From sequence record SRR20825006_226: a DNA stretch of 64,000 nt; one strand, written 5' to 3'. Shown in pieces: positions 40,924 through 52,451 of the stretch. Every line of letters begins with the position of its first letter. Positions within the stretch are counted from its first letter, which is position 1. The translations under genes and the position numbers were made by a program. Below the pieces are notes generated by a model. That model was not told the DNA's origin. It did no database searches and worked only from the letters and a program-made list of their open reading frames with translations.

Positions 40924-41679
40924 CTACTTAAAAAGATCTCTATTATAATCTATCACCCACTCATAAGCTTCTAGAACAGCTGCTGTAGTTTCTTGCTCTA
41001 ACGGAAATTCACAAATCTCTCGTACGTATTCTTTGGCATTTTTTGGCGCAAAGGATTTTCCCACAATTTCTAATGCGGGAATATCTCCACTTGTGTCGCC
41101 GATATAAGCGATTTCATCTAGCTTCAGATTTAACATTTTGCAAAGATGCCGAATACCCGCTCCTTTATTCGTGCTTTTCGAAATCACATTAATCGAAACG
41201 TCCGTATAGTGCACTTCAAAATTCGGAAAATTGTTCTCCACAAATTCATTAATACTTTTATACATCCCTTGAATAGCGGAAGGATCTGGATTGATGAGAC
41301 CAATATCGGTTCGCTTAGCGAATTCAGGAATTGTCTTTGGTGTCTTGCGAATATAATTCTCAGTCAGATGAGACTTAATTGCATTCAACTCAGCTTCTCT
41401 TGCCTCATCAAAGCTAGGATTCCAAGTCAGCGTATTTGTCTGCATATCATAAATACCACCACCACTTTCGAATATCATTGGCTGTTTCATTCCAATCCAC
41501 TGTGAAACAGCTTCTACATAAGGAAGAGGTCTCCCAGAGCAGATGGTCATCGGAGGGATTGCTTCATCAGTAGAGCTAAGTGCTACTAGTTCTTTTATTC
41601 TCGAGATAGCTTCCCAATTTGGACTTTCAAAAGGATGACTAATACATCCATCCAAATCGGTGATAAATAGTTTTATCAT
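40924..41679 (-). CDS. HAD-superfamily hydrolase (subclass IIB)
   Basis: DLDGC, CSGR, NKGAG, IGDTSGD. Confidence 0.88.
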   Translation of the reverse strand: MIKLFITDLDGCISHPFESPNWEAISRIKELVALSSTDEAIPPMTICSGRPLPYVEAVSQWIGMKQPMIFESGGGIYDMQTNTLTWNPSFDEAREAELNAIKSHLTENYIRKTPKTIPEFAKRTDIGLINPDPSAIQGMYKSINEFVENNFPNFEVHYTDVSINVISKSTNKGAGIRHLCKMLNLKLDEIAYIGDTSGDIPALEIVGKSFAPKNAKEYVREICEFPLEQETTAAVLEAYEWVIDYNRDLFK

Positions 41680-42704
41680 GAATATTTTTTACGGTATGTG
41701 GGTATTAGGAATGCAAACGCAAAACAAAATAACGCAATCCCGCCCATCCATTGATATTGGTTTTTATAATCAGCGTATTCTTGGCTAGAAAATTCACCTT
41801 TTTCAAGTTCATCAACACGAGCTAAAAATGCGTCAATTCCATCATTACCTCTCTCAATTGAATAGTACGTTCCATTGGCTTTGTTCGATATTTCTCTTAA
41901 TACGCTACTTTGCAGAGCTGTTGTCACCACTTTACCAGCGTTATCTCGTTTATAGCCTATCAAGTCTCCGGAACCTCTATCATATAAAGGAATTGTAGTG
42001 CCTTGTTCTGTTCCAATGCCCAAAGTATATACAAATATATTATTATCCATCAGCGCTTTTAAAGCGTCACTATATGATTGCCCATGGTCTTCTCCATCAG
42101 AAATTATGAGCAATACTTTAGCGGCTTCCGCAGCACTTTCATTTTCATCTAACGACTCAAAAGCTGTGAGTGCAGTTTGCATTGCCGACTTGAAATCCGT
42201 TGCTGAACTCGGCATTTGATCGGTATCTACAATATCTAGGAATAATTTTAACGCAGAATAATCAAGAGTCATTGGGCTTTGTAAATAAGCTTCTCCAGTA
42301 AATACAATCAAGCCAACTCTATCACCTTTTAGTCGATCAATAAGACGGCTGATTTCAAACTTTGCTTTAATTAACCGGCTTGGTTTTACATCTTCTGCGT
42401 TCATACTTGCCGACAAATCTAGTGCAATGAGCATATCAACACCCTGGCGCTTAACTTCTCTCACCTCAGTTCCTATTTTTGGACCACCGAGCGCAATCAC
42501 AATAAAAACCAATCCTAAAATAGAAAAGGTAATCTTAACAACGTCACCTATACCCCAGAATCCTTTGCGAAGAGTATTAAAAAGCTCGTTATTGAACAGT
42601 ACTTCTCTTTGTCTTTTTAAAGATTTAGATTTCCAGCTGAGCAGAATAATCAGGACTGGAATTAGAAGAAGAAACCATAAATATGTAGGAGTTTGCCAGA
42701 TCAT
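41676..42704 (-). CDS. VWA domain protein (BatB-like)
   Basis: DLSASM MIDAS, PSRL..AK, DRVGLIVF, SDGED, TLGIGT. Confidence 0.88.
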   Translation of the reverse strand: MIWQTPTYLWFLLLIPVLIILLSWKSKSLKRQREVLFNNELFNTLRKGFWGIGDVVKITFSILGLVFIVIALGGPKIGTEVREVKRQGVDMLIALDLSASMNAEDVKPSRLIKAKFEISRLIDRLKGDRVGLIVFTGEAYLQSPMTLDYSALKLFLDIVDTDQMPSSATDFKSAMQTALTAFESLDENESAAEAAKVLLIISDGEDHGQSYSDALKALMDNNIFVYTLGIGTEQGTTIPLYDRGSGDLIGYKRDNAGKVVTTALQSSVLREISNKANGTYYSIERGNDGIDAFLARVDELEKGEFSSQEYADYKNQYQWMGGIALFCFAFAFLIPTYRKKYS

Positions 42705-42804
42705 GAATAGTGATTATTTTAGTCTTGATAATAGGAAAAGCCTCAATTAGATGCTTCTTTTAGGATTTATTTCTGATTGGAGGATTCGAAATTTTAAGTT
42801 TATT

Positions 42805-44076
42805 TCAATCAATTAAAACCACCTGCAAATCCATCAAATTTATACCTGTTGCACCAATTTTAAGATGAGTATTCATCTCTTCATGAAATGCATAAGAATT
42901 ATTCTGTTGCAGTATATTTTCTGGACTAATTCCTTTTTTTCTTGCATGTAAAGTGGTTAGTGAATTTATAATAGCCCCAGCAGAATCCGTGGGACCATCG
43001 ATGCCATCTGTACCGATGCTAAGCATAGATATGGAATGTTGTCCTTCAATAGAAAGAGCTGCAATTAACGCCAGTTCCTGATTTCGGCCACCTTTACCTG
43101 AACCTTTAACATTTACTGTAGATTCTCCATGGAAAACTAGAGCCGCAGGTTTCTTTAAGCTGTCATTACCACTTAATACTTTAATCGCTTTGCTACATAT
43201 CTGTTTAGAAACAGATTTTATATCCCCTGAATATGCTTCATTAGAAACCCAAACTTCATAGTCATGGCTTTTCAATTTCTTAGAAATCGTTTCCGCTAAT
43301 CCAATACTTTTAGAAACAATCTGAACAATATGATTAGAATGGTGGGCTTCATCTGGCTTTGGATTTTCTGGAATAACGCCTTCCTCACCAAAAATAAGAT
43401 GCCGTTTAATTGAACCAGGGACGACATCCCAAATTTTAAATTCTTTCAAAACACTAATCGCATCTGTATAAGTAGATGGATCAGGAACAGTTGGGCCACT
43501 TCCAATGGTTGAAACGTCATCACCTGGCACATCTGATTCAATCAGAGTAACTAACCTAACATGGGATAGTTCTTCCCCAAGCTTACCTCCCTTTAAATCG
43601 CATACATGCTTCCGAACAATATTCATTTGCTGAATACTAGCTCCAGAGTTAAGCAAAAGCTTATATAAAGTTCTAATTTCAGCTATCTCAACTCCATAAG
43701 GAGGAATACAAAGTAAGGCTGACGCCCCTCCTGAGAGACAGAATATCACTGTTGAATCTTTTGGAATTTGCCTCGCTAAATCGAGTAACTCATAAGAAGC
43801 TGAAACTGAGTTTTCATCTGGGTAAGGGTGGCTACCTTCAAAAACTTGAATTCCTTTATAAACACCGCTTTCCAAACCAATAAGAATTCCATCTTTACAG
43901 TGGATTCCTTGCTTTAGCACCAAGTCGGCTAATTTCACAGAACCTTTACCAGCACCAAGAATATAACAATCTTCATTTATGTTGAGGTTGGATAGTTCCT
44001 GCTTTTGAAAATCTTTGAGATTCTTTCCAATACTCTCAAGTAGGTCGTGCTGTTTTTGAAGTTTATCCTTCATCAA
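42805..44076 (-). CDS. Glycerate kinase type 2 (DUF4147/MOFRL)
   Basis: GAGK, HPYPD, SGGASAL, KGGKL, SDVPGD, GGRNQE, TDGIDGPT, TGINLMD. Confidence 0.9.
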   Translation of the reverse strand: MMKDKLQKQHDLLESIGKNLKDFQKQELSNLNINEDCYILGAGKGSVKLADLVLKQGIHCKDGILIGLESGVYKGIQVFEGSHPYPDENSVSASYELLDLARQIPKDSTVIFCLSGGASALLCIPPYGVEIAEIRTLYKLLLNSGASIQQMNIVRKHVCDLKGGKLGEELSHVRLVTLIESDVPGDDVSTIGSGPTVPDPSTYTDAISVLKEFKIWDVVPGSIKRHLIFGEEGVIPENPKPDEAHHSNHIVQIVSKSIGLAETISKKLKSHDYEVWVSNEAYSGDIKSVSKQICSKAIKVLSGNDSLKKPAALVFHGESTVNVKGSGKGGRNQELALIAALSIEGQHSISMLSIGTDGIDGPTDSAGAIINSLTTLHARKKGISPENILQQNNSYAFHEEMNTHLKIGATGINLMDLQVVLID

Positions 44077-44539
44077 TGCTCACTCGTTTTGACTGTTTCA
44101 TTAGTAAGAGTATGGGAATGAGTCCCATAGTGCATAAAGGAAGTGAATATCTGATAAAGAAGTCCATTATATCTAAGGAGAAGGAACTCCCATTAACTCC
44201 AATCTTGAAAGCAATAAAGGCGATCACCCAAATTGAAAGATGAATCCCCGAAAGTAACAAGAAATTTTTTATTCTAAAATCCACGAATAAAAGCCCCACA
44301 ATCGCAAGTAGAAAGAACATTCCAAAGGGCGCTTTAAAATACAATTCCTTTTGTTTGGCGTTGGTCAAGCTCACCATTTTAATAGATGTGGCACTTTCAT
44401 AGCTATGCTCTAAACCTTCATAGGTTGTATGGCTATCAATAAAAGATATTACATGCCCTCTAATCGGTCTAAGTGCCGAGAAGTATATGAGTAATATTCC
44501 AATCCCAAAAAGTACTTTCTTAAGCTGTTGCGGCATCAC
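44063..44539 (-). CDS. Hypothetical membrane protein overlapping the exosortase gene
   Basis: Several TM segments; overlaps both neighbours. Confidence 0.6.
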   Translation of the reverse strand: MMPQQLKKVLFGIGILLIYFSALRPIRGHVISFIDSHTTYEGLEHSYESATSIKMVSLTNAKQKELYFKAPFGMFFLLAIVGLLFVDFRIKNFLLLSGIHLSIWVIAFIAFKIGVNGSSFSLDIMDFFIRYSLPLCTMGLIPILLLMKQSKRVSIDEG

Positions 44540-45038
44540 TAGGGTTTTGAGGTAGGCTATTATAATTCACCCATATCATCCAGAGAAAAAATATGCTTAT
44601 ATAAAATATGGTTGTGGTTGAGTAATCATGAGTGAAATCGAAAAAAGCTGGCCACTCAACTTTAGTAATTGTAAGAGTTATAATACGTAACACGTTGATT
44701 ATATATATGATACCAATTCCCATTACTGAAAAACTCAGTCTATTTTTCCAAGGACCAGGAAATGCGAGAATAAAACCAAGAAATAAGCCTATTGCCGAAA
44801 TTCCATTACAGCCGTCTACTACTTCGATACCAGAATATTCGCCAATACCAATGATGCGGTTTACGGTATATACATCATAGCCGAACCATTTTATGATACC
44901 AGCGCTATTACCAATTATATTTAGAGAAAGCCATTCGTCTAAACGCCCGTCAGGAAGTAGCCACTTCTCATAAACTATGTACCACACTACGAAAATACCA
45001 AGTGCAGTAAGTACAAATTTAAGGGTAGGAGATTTCAT
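44520..45038 (-). CDS. Exosortase/archaeosortase family protein (short form)
   Basis: Catalytic triad motifs GCNG, NVLRI, HDY in a 172-aa TM protein. Confidence 0.85.
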   Translation of the reverse strand: MKSPTLKFVLTALGIFVVWYIVYEKWLLPDGRLDEWLSLNIIGNSAGIIKWFGYDVYTVNRIIGIGEYSGIEVVDGCNGISAIGLFLGFILAFPGPWKNRLSFSVMGIGIIYIINVLRIITLTITKVEWPAFFDFTHDYSTTTIFYISIFFLWMIWVNYNSLPQNPSDAATA

Positions 45039-45063
45039 AGGTAAAATTGCTTTTCGTTCTTTT

Positions 45064-45083
45064 AAAAAGACTGTTTCAGTCTT
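45064..45083 (-). terminator. Possible terminator after the aminotransferase gene
   Basis: AAGACTG-ttt-CAGTCTT with a T-run on minus strand. Confidence 0.4.
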
Positions 45084-45108
45084 CTTATTGAAGCCTTTAT
45101 GGTACTAA

Positions 45109-46296
45109 TTATCTAGCAAAAAATTTGGCTATAGTTTCTGCTACGTATTCCACTTCTTCTGAAGCCAATTCTGGATAGATGGGCAACGAAAAAGCTTGTT
45201 TGCTTGCCAACATAGAGTTTGGGCAATCATCCTCAACATACCCAAGATTAGAAAAACACTCTTGAATGTGTAATGGCACTGGATAATATGTAGCAGTACC
45301 TATTCCATTCTCATCTAAAAATTTCTGGAGTTCATCACGTCGACTGCTTCGAAGAGTATACTGATGATAAATGTGCCTTCCATTATTTTGTGGAGCACCT
45401 GTTGTTTCCTTTGGAAGTATCAAGTGAGAATTAGTAGAGGACAAACTTAACCCCTTCTTTTCAAACAGATCATTATATCGAAGTGCTAATGCTCTCCGCT
45501 TAGTTGACCATTCCTCTAGATACTTTAATTTCACTGAAAGCACCGCTGCTTGGATGGAATCGAGACGACTGTTTATTCCAACAAACTTATGATGATACTT
45601 TGGTCTCGCACCGTGAAGACGTAGGATATCAACTTTCTCCGCGAGTTCCTCATCTTTTACTGTTATAAGTCCGGCATCTCCATAAGCGCCCAAATTTTTA
45701 CTCGGGAAAAAACTAAAACAACCAAAATCGCCAACTGTTCCTGCTTGTTTGTTTTCGTATTTGGAGCCAATTCCTTGGGCAGCATCTTCAATTACATACA
45801 AGCCAAATTCTTTTGCGACTTCCATAATTGGATTCATATCAGCCATCTGACCATATAAATGAACAGGAATGATAGCTTTAATCTGTTCCTTCTTTATGGA
45901 TAATCGTTTCGAAAGCTCATCATTTCCTTCTAAAAACTCACGAACTTTAACTGGGTCTATGTTATAGCTTTCCATTTCTATATCGATAAAAATAGGAATG
46001 GCTCCTAATCTAGAAATAGCACCTGCAGTAGCAAAAAATGTGAATGGGCTTGTAATTACATAATCGCCAGGCTTAATATCAATGGCCATTAGGGCAAGTA
46101 GCAAAGCATCAGAGCCAGAGGCACATCCTAAAGCATGTTTTGCCCCAATATAATTGCGTACTTCTTCTTCAAAATCCTTAACAACACTTCCCATAATAAA
46201 ATGCTGCGAATCGAGTACTGAATGAATGGCTTGCGTGACTTCTTCTTTAATAGAAGAGAATTGAGCGTTAAGATCTAGAAGAGAAACTTGCATCAT
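45109..46296 (-). CDS. DegT/DnrJ/EryC1/StrS aminotransferase (WbpE-like)
   Basis: SGSDAL, VHLYGQ, EDAAQ, SFFPSKNLG, NSRLD. Confidence 0.92.
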   Translation of the reverse strand: MMQVSLLDLNAQFSSIKEEVTQAIHSVLDSQHFIMGSVVKDFEEEVRNYIGAKHALGCASGSDALLLALMAIDIKPGDYVITSPFTFFATAGAISRLGAIPIFIDIEMESYNIDPVKVREFLEGNDELSKRLSIKKEQIKAIIPVHLYGQMADMNPIMEVAKEFGLYVIEDAAQGIGSKYENKQAGTVGDFGCFSFFPSKNLGAYGDAGLITVKDEELAEKVDILRLHGARPKYHHKFVGINSRLDSIQAAVLSVKLKYLEEWSTKRRALALRYNDLFEKKGLSLSSTNSHLILPKETTGAPQNNGRHIYHQYTLRSSRRDELQKFLDENGIGTATYYPVPLHIQECFSNLGYVEDDCPNSMLASKQAFSLPIYPELASEEVEYVAETIAKFFAR

Positions 46297-46349
46297 GCAA
46301 TAGGTTTGTTGTTGACGATAATATTTTTTCTAATTGTATGAGAATGTGG

Positions 46350-46934
46350 CTAATCCCAAAGTACCACTTCACCGTCTTTGAGTTTGTAACTCTCGTTGGT
46401 TTCGGGACAAAACGCCTTCCCACCCTCGTTGAATTCAAGTCGATGTCCCGCTTTTGAAACCCACCCAATTTGTTTAGCTGGATTCCCGACAACAAGAGCA
46501 AATGCCTTGACTGGTTTTGTAATCACGCTACCAGCTCCAATAAAAGAATATGCTCCAATATCATTACCGCATACTATAGTAGCATTAGCTCCGATACTTG
46601 CACCTTTTCTAACGAATGTCTTTAGATATTCATCCTTTCGTTCTACATGGCTTCTTGGGTTTATCACATTTGTAAAAACCATAGACGGGCCACAAAACAC
46701 GTCGTCTTCCAGAATAACTTCATCGTAAATAGAAACATTATTCTGAACTCTCACATTATTACCAAGTACAGCTTTAGAACCAACATAAACGTTTTGGCCT
46801 AATACACACTTTTCACCTAATACTGCACCCTCCATTACATGAACCCAATGCCATACTTTAGTGCCTGCTCCAATTAACTCTGGGCTTTCAACAATGGCGG
46901 TTTTATCTATATAAATGGTTGGTTCTTTCAACAA
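46350..46934 (-). CDS. Hexapeptide-repeat N-acetyltransferase (WbpD-like)
   Basis: [39 protein letters not shown]; start uncertain. Confidence 0.88.
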   Translation of the reverse strand: MLKEPTIYIDKTAIVESPELIGAGTKVWHWVHVMEGAVLGEKCVLGQNVYVGSKAVLGNNVRVQNNVSIYDEVILEDDVFCGPSMVFTNVINPRSHVERKDEYLKTFVRKGASIGANATIVCGNDIGAYSFIGAGSVITKPVKAFALVVGNPAKQIGWVSKAGHRLEFNEGGKAFCPETNESYKLKDGEVVLWD

Positions 46935-47005
46935 AGTAGTTGTTTAATGCAGTTTCTATAATTAACGAAATATTGGTATTAAAAGAAGGTGGTTAGTTAA
47001 TGAAA

Positions 47006-48031
47006 TTAAAAACCTGCCGCTTTATAAATATTCTCGATAATACTTACTACAGTAGTTCCATCAAAAGCGTTTGCAGTGGCTTTCGTTTTGCCGTTTAAGG
47101 TATCAATTACGTTTTCGATAACGTAATGGTGGTTCGCAGCACTTCCTTTGTAAGGTCCATAATCATTCGGTGGATTTGTTTCCGCAAGTTCTGGCATTTC
47201 GTAATCCTCAATATGGCAATACTCAATTTCGTTCATATACTGCCCTCCAACTTTTAAACTACCTTTTGTGCCTACCACAGTGATACTACTTTCCATGTTT
47301 TTATCCCAGCAAGAAGTAGAATAATTTATAGAACCCATCCCTCCGTTTACAAACTCGAATTGAGCAAATCCAGAATCATCAAAATTTTCAAGATTAGGGT
47401 GGGTAAAATTCTTAACAGTAGCTTTTGGATTCTTGATATCGCCAAAAACCCAATACATAATATCTATAAAATGGCTGAATTGTGTAAACAATGCTCCTCC
47501 ATCTAACTCTCTTGTCCCTCGCCAAGGACTTGTTGAATAGTAACGTTCATCTCTATTCCAATAGCAGTTGGTTTGGACCATCAAAACATCACCGATAATA
47601 TTCTTTTCTACAACCTCTTTTAGCCACATTGAAGGCGGGCTATACCTATTCTGCTTAACTACAAATACTTTTTTTCCTGAGCGCTCCATAGCCTTAATAA
47701 CATCTTGGCAATCCGCAATGGATAGTCCCATTGGCTTTTCAATAACTACATGATAACCAGCCTCTAGTAGGGCAATAGCGTAATCGGTATGATAACCATT
47801 CGGAGTAGCAATATTCACCACGTCCGATTGATTATTATCCTTCTTAATAAATTCTTGAATGGTTGAATAGCAAATCGCATTCAATTTCAAATCAGTAGCA
47901 ATTTCAAACTGATTTTCATCTGTATCAATTACAGCTATAAGCTTAGCCTGAGCGTACTCTTGTACGATTTTTGCGTGTCTTTGTCCAATTCTACCGAATC
48001 CAACGACAGAGAAAGAGATTGTTTTTTCCAT
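47006..48031 (-). CDS. Gfo/Idh/MocA oxidoreductase (WbpB-like)
   Basis: GFGRIG, TPNG.H, EKPM, KQNRY, WRGT..DGG; ATG 48031 preferred. Confidence 0.88.
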   Translation of the reverse strand: MEKTISFSVVGFGRIGQRHAKIVQEYAQAKLIAVIDTDENQFEIATDLKLNAICYSTIQEFIKKDNNQSDVVNIATPNGYHTDYAIALLEAGYHVVIEKPMGLSIADCQDVIKAMERSGKKVFVVKQNRYSPPSMWLKEVVEKNIIGDVLMVQTNCYWNRDERYYSTSPWRGTRELDGGALFTQFSHFIDIMYWVFGDIKNPKATVKNFTHPNLENFDDSGFAQFEFVNGGMGSINYSTSCWDKNMESSITVVGTKGSLKVGGQYMNEIEYCHIEDYEMPELAETNPPNDYGPYKGSAANHHYVIENVIDTLNGKTKATANAFDGTTVVSIIENIYKAAGF

Positions 48032-48125
48032 GCCCAAAGATAGAATATTTTCTACTAAATATGAGGCTCTAATTAGTAAGTTATAGCCATAAACAGAGTG
48101 TTCAAAAATATAGGCTCGTTAGTTA

Positions 48126-49835
48126 TTAGAATCCGAATCTAAAGCGAAAGTCAATGTACCTAAAATTATTTAACCTCGTACCTTTCGTTATTTTCCTGTC
48201 TATCAACCTTAAATTAAGTATAACACCACGCCATGGTTCTATTTGAGCATCCATCTCAAGTTGATTCCAGGTATTAACATCTGCATTTTCAAACATTCTA
48301 TAACCACGTTGAGAAGGTCCATCGGAACCCAAATTTATATCTCCACCAACATTTTCAGTCACATCTCCATTAGCATTAATTGGATTAAAACCTTTTTTAA
48401 CTTTTTTGAAGGATAAATTAACGCTGGATCTATAAGGCAACCATTTTTTTATAGACAACTCTACCGTTTCGGAATTTGGACCAGCTTCATGTCCTAATCC
48501 AATATTTCGCTGCTCTACGGTGTTCAACTGTTGCCAGTGTGTATACACAAAAGGCTGAATCCTTGTAAAACCTGTTGAAAATAATACCGAGTAAGGGAGT
48601 GATATATTTGTTCCAAAATTATATGCAACGTCATTATCATAATCGCCGCTATCATTGAAAAGATTCTTAAAGCTTACTAAATCATCTATCAACACTGATC
48701 CATAAACTTCAACTCGGTCTACTGGGTTAATGACCACATCACTAGAGATCAGTAGATTGTTTTTATCTCCTCCATCTAGCTCCGTAAAAATTAGGGGCGA
48801 AACTGGATTCAGCTTCCCAATCTCCATGGTTGTATTGCTGTACAAAATATATTCCGTGAAAGATACTTTAACTCTTTTAACTGGGCGAAGAGATATACGA
48901 TGTAAACTTATAAATCTATTTGGAGAAACACGACTTCTTGCCTCAATATTACCATATTGAACTGTTGTTTCGTAAGGTTTTGCAAAAAGTGACCCATGTA
49001 TTGCAGTATAGTCTATGAATTTGGAATCCAGCTTTAATCTTAGCCAATTGAAATTAGGTGAGTCCACATTAAGTATTAATGAAGACGAAACACCAGGTCC
49101 AACTCTAAGTGACCCATGCCCTAAATCTACGCTAAGGTATCTGTTTTGTACAGTAACCATTGTTTCATATGAGTATGAGGAAGCAGATCTATTTTCCAAT
49201 AATTTTTGGGATGCTCCCCATCTAGGGTCAACCAGTAAGAGTCTATCATCACCTACAGATGATACGTTATCCGCTTCAATATGTACTCCATAACTTCTTT
49301 GAATGGTTCCATAAAGCCGAACACCTTTATAATAATATCTAGCCCATCTCCACTCACCTTTTTCCCAAGCATTTACTTCGGCTCGGCCAAATTGGAAGTC
49401 AAAAGCACCATAGCTATTGCTTGAACTGTCATAGATTGCAAAAAGATGTGGTTCATCTCTAGAGGTAGCAAAATATTTTAGCCTATCTTTAAATTTATCT
49501 TTTGAAGTAAATAAGCCTTTTTCAACACTTCGTTCCAAAAATTTAGGATCGAATTCTTGTTGATATCCATCTAGTGTAGCTTTATCGGACCATGATAGAT
49601 TGATTCGGTTCTCTTCAATTTTCGAGAGATAACCAACAATCTTACCCCGATTTATGGGCAAGTCTTCATGATTATAATCAAGAATTATTCCAGATGCTCT
49701 TTGATAAGCCAGCCAATCATAAACTGAATGTGTTGCTGGCACTAATGAGACTTGTGAAAAAGCAATTGTAGATAACCCAAGCGTAATAAAAACTGCTGAA
49801 ATATATACTAGTAAATAAGATCTTGTTTTTACCAT
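48126..49835 (-). CDS. Outer-membrane beta-barrel, capsule assembly Wzi-like
   Basis: Signal peptide, GPG.SSSLIL, LHR, DKNNL, GPNS, C-terminal Phe (FRFGF). Confidence 0.65.
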   Translation of the reverse strand: MVKTRSYLLVYISAVFITLGLSTIAFSQVSLVPATHSVYDWLAYQRASGIILDYNHEDLPINRGKIVGYLSKIEENRINLSWSDKATLDGYQQEFDPKFLERSVEKGLFTSKDKFKDRLKYFATSRDEPHLFAIYDSSSNSYGAFDFQFGRAEVNAWEKGEWRWARYYYKGVRLYGTIQRSYGVHIEADNVSSVGDDRLLLVDPRWGASQKLLENRSASSYSYETMVTVQNRYLSVDLGHGSLRVGPGVSSSLILNVDSPNFNWLRLKLDSKFIDYTAIHGSLFAKPYETTVQYGNIEARSRVSPNRFISLHRISLRPVKRVKVSFTEYILYSNTTMEIGKLNPVSPLIFTELDGGDKNNLLISSDVVINPVDRVEVYGSVLIDDLVSFKNLFNDSGDYDNDVAYNFGTNISLPYSVLFSTGFTRIQPFVYTHWQQLNTVEQRNIGLGHEAGPNSETVELSIKKWLPYRSSVNLSFKKVKKGFNPINANGDVTENVGGDINLGSDGPSQRGYRMFENADVNTWNQLEMDAQIEPWRGVILNLRLIDRKITKGTRLNNFRYIDFRFRFGF

Positions 49836-49947
49836 CCCTCTATTCTCTAAACGGCTCTCTTAAATTATGAGTTACATAAGAATCTTAATGTAAACTTATT
49901 ATCATATAGACAACACTAATTTTCTAAAAATTAATGGCTGGCTAAGA

Positions 49948-51120
49948 TTAATCCTTACCGAAAAGGTCTCTTGTATATACTTTAACAGAAACGTCTGATA
50001 TTTCATCTACCATTCTGTTAGCAACAATAACATCCGACATATTCTTAAATTCACTCAGGTCTTTAATTACTCTTGAGTTATAAAAGTCATCCTCTTTTAA
50101 GTATGGCTCAAATACAACAACTTCTATTCCTTTTGCTTTAATGCGTTTCATTATTCCTTGAATTGCACTAGCTCGGAAATTATCTGAACCCTGCTTCATT
50201 ACAAGACGATAAATACCCACCACTTTTGGATTTGATTTAAGAATCTGATCAGCAATAAAGTCTTTTCTAGTAGTATTCGCATCAACAATTGCTCGAATTA
50301 AGTTATTCGGAACATCTCTAAAGTTTGCTAACAACTGCTTTGTATCTTTAGGAAGACAGTATCCTCCGTAGCCAAATGAAGGGTTATTATAATGATTACC
50401 AATTCTTGGGTCTAAAGCAATTCCTTCAATAACCTGAACAGTGCTAAGCCCATGAGTTTCACAGTAAGTATCCAATTCATTGAAGTAAGCAACTCGCATT
50501 GCTAAATACGTATTTGAAAAAAGCTTTATAGCCTCTGCTTCAGTTGAATCTGTAAAAATTACAGTAATGTCTTTATCTTCTTTGTGTGCGCCTTCAACTA
50601 GAAGGGCTGCAAATTTTTGAGCGCGTTCAGATCTTTCCCCAACAACAATCCTCGATGGATACAAATTGTCATAAAGTGCTTTTCCTTCTCTTAAAAACTC
50701 AGGAGAAAAAATCAAATTTTCAGTATTAAACTCTTCTTTAGCACCTTTAACATAGCCTACTGGTACAGTAGACTTAATAATCATAACAGCATTTGGATTG
50801 ACTGATATCACATCCTTTATTACGGCTTCAACAGAGCGAGTGTCAAAATGATTAGTTTCGCTATTATAGTTTGTAGGAGTTGCTATAATTACAAAGTCAG
50901 CATTACTATACGCTGAATGTGCATCCATTGTTGCTTGTAAATTCAACTCTCTATTAGACAAAAACTCTTCAATTTCTGTATCACTAATTGGCGATTTCTT
51001 ATTATTTATTAAATCTACTTTCTCTTTAACAATATCAACGGCTGTTACTTTATTGTGCTGAGATAACAACACTGCTAAAGACAAACCTACATAACCCGTT
51101 CCAACTACTGCAATATTCAT
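49948..51120 (-). CDS. ugd: UDP-glucose 6-dehydrogenase
   Basis: [41 protein letters not shown]. Confidence 0.93.
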   Translation of the reverse strand: MNIAVVGTGYVGLSLAVLLSQHNKVTAVDIVKEKVDLINNKKSPISDTEIEEFLSNRELNLQATMDAHSAYSNADFVIIATPTNYNSETNHFDTRSVEAVIKDVISVNPNAVMIIKSTVPVGYVKGAKEEFNTENLIFSPEFLREGKALYDNLYPSRIVVGERSERAQKFAALLVEGAHKEDKDITVIFTDSTEAEAIKLFSNTYLAMRVAYFNELDTYCETHGLSTVQVIEGIALDPRIGNHYNNPSFGYGGYCLPKDTKQLLANFRDVPNNLIRAIVDANTTRKDFIADQILKSNPKVVGIYRLVMKQGSDNFRASAIQGIMKRIKAKGIEVVVFEPYLKEDDFYNSRVIKDLSEFKNMSDVIVANRMVDEISDVSVKVYTRDLFGKD

Positions 51121-51127
51121 TTTCTTC

Positions 51128-52441
51128 TTATGATTTGATGATTAGTTTCTTGGTACTGTTGCTTAATTGAGACATAGCATTTCGAGTGTCTACTATAACT
51201 TCAGACCATTCCGCTAATTCTGAATAATTTATATTTGAGTGATTACTGATGATAAGTATAGCATCATATAATTCAATATTTTCTTTTGTCCACTCTACGC
51301 TTTTCTTACCCTGCCACTCAGAATGCTCTCTCGTATTTGGGATAGTAGGAATCCATGGATCATAATAATCCATATCTGCACCCATTTGCTTCAACTCATC
51401 CATTATTGGGAAGGCAGGGGATTCTCTCATGTCATCAACATCAGGTTTATAAGCAATACCAATTATTAAAATACGAGAACCATTAACAGATTTTTTTGTG
51501 GTATTCAATGCCTCAATTGTTTTTGAAACAACGTATTTAGGCATCATAGTGTTAATTTCTCCAGCCAATTCAATAAATTTCGTATGGATACCAAACTCTT
51601 TAGCTTTCCAAGTTAGATAGAACGGATCAATAGGAATACAATGGCCTCCGAGACCAGGCCCAGGTGTAAATTTCATAAAACCGAAGGGTTTGGTAGCAGC
51701 CGCCTCAATAACTTCGAATACATCTATACCCATCTTATCAAATATGACCTTCAATTCGTTGACTAAGGCAATGTTTATTGATCGAAAAATGTTCTCGAGT
51801 AACTTAGCAGCTTCGGCAACCTTAGTAGATGAAACCGGTATCACAACATCTATTGCAGATTTATACAGTTCTACACCTAATTTTCTTGAGATTTCGGAAT
51901 CTGCTCCAATAATTTTGGGAATATTTCTAGTATTATATTCAGTATTACCAGGATCTTCTCTTTCTGGGCTAAATACGACAAAGAAATCTTCCTCGGCTTT
52001 TAACCCTGAACCTTTTTCCAAAATAGGGATTAATAATTCTGTTGTTGTTCCAGGCCAAGTGGTAGATTCTAAGGAAACCACATGGTTTTTCCTTAGGTAA
52101 TTTGAAATAGTTGTAGCAGTATCTATTACATATTTCATTTCAGGCTCATTTTTTGAACCTAAAGGGGTGGGAACACATATTATTATGGCATCAACATCTG
52201 CTAGTTTAGTAAAGTCCGATGTTGCTTCACAATTCTTTGAATCGCTCAATTCACGCATTTCGGGGGCTGACAGGGTTTTTATATAAACCTGACCTGAATT
52301 AATCTTGTCTATTTTGGATTGGTCAATATCAAACCCGACTACTTTTACACCAGATTTAAAAAAAGAATATAATAGTGGTAAGCCCACGTAACCTAATCCT
52401 ACAACTCCTACAGAGCGAAACTTAGCATCTAAACCAACCAT
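51128..52441 (-). CDS. UDP-N-acetylhexosamine 6-dehydrogenase (WbpA/WecC-like)
   Basis: [42 protein letters not shown] 52441 likely. Confidence 0.9.
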   Translation of the reverse strand: MVGLDAKFRSVGVVGLGYVGLPLLYSFFKSGVKVVGFDIDQSKIDKINSGQVYIKTLSAPEMRELSDSKNCEATSDFTKLADVDAIIICVPTPLGSKNEPEMKYVIDTATTISNYLRKNHVVSLESTTWPGTTTELLIPILEKGSGLKAEEDFFVVFSPEREDPGNTEYNTRNIPKIIGADSEISRKLGVELYKSAIDVVIPVSSTKVAEAAKLLENIFRSINIALVNELKVIFDKMGIDVFEVIEAAATKPFGFMKFTPGPGLGGHCIPIDPFYLTWKAKEFGIHTKFIELAGEINTMMPKYVVSKTIEALNTTKKSVNGSRILIIGIAYKPDVDDMRESPAFPIMDELKQMGADMDYYDPWIPTIPNTREHSEWQGKKSVEWTKENIELYDAILIISNHSNINYSELAEWSEVIVDTRNAMSQLSNSTKKLIIKS

Positions 52442-52451
52442 TAAAAATAAT

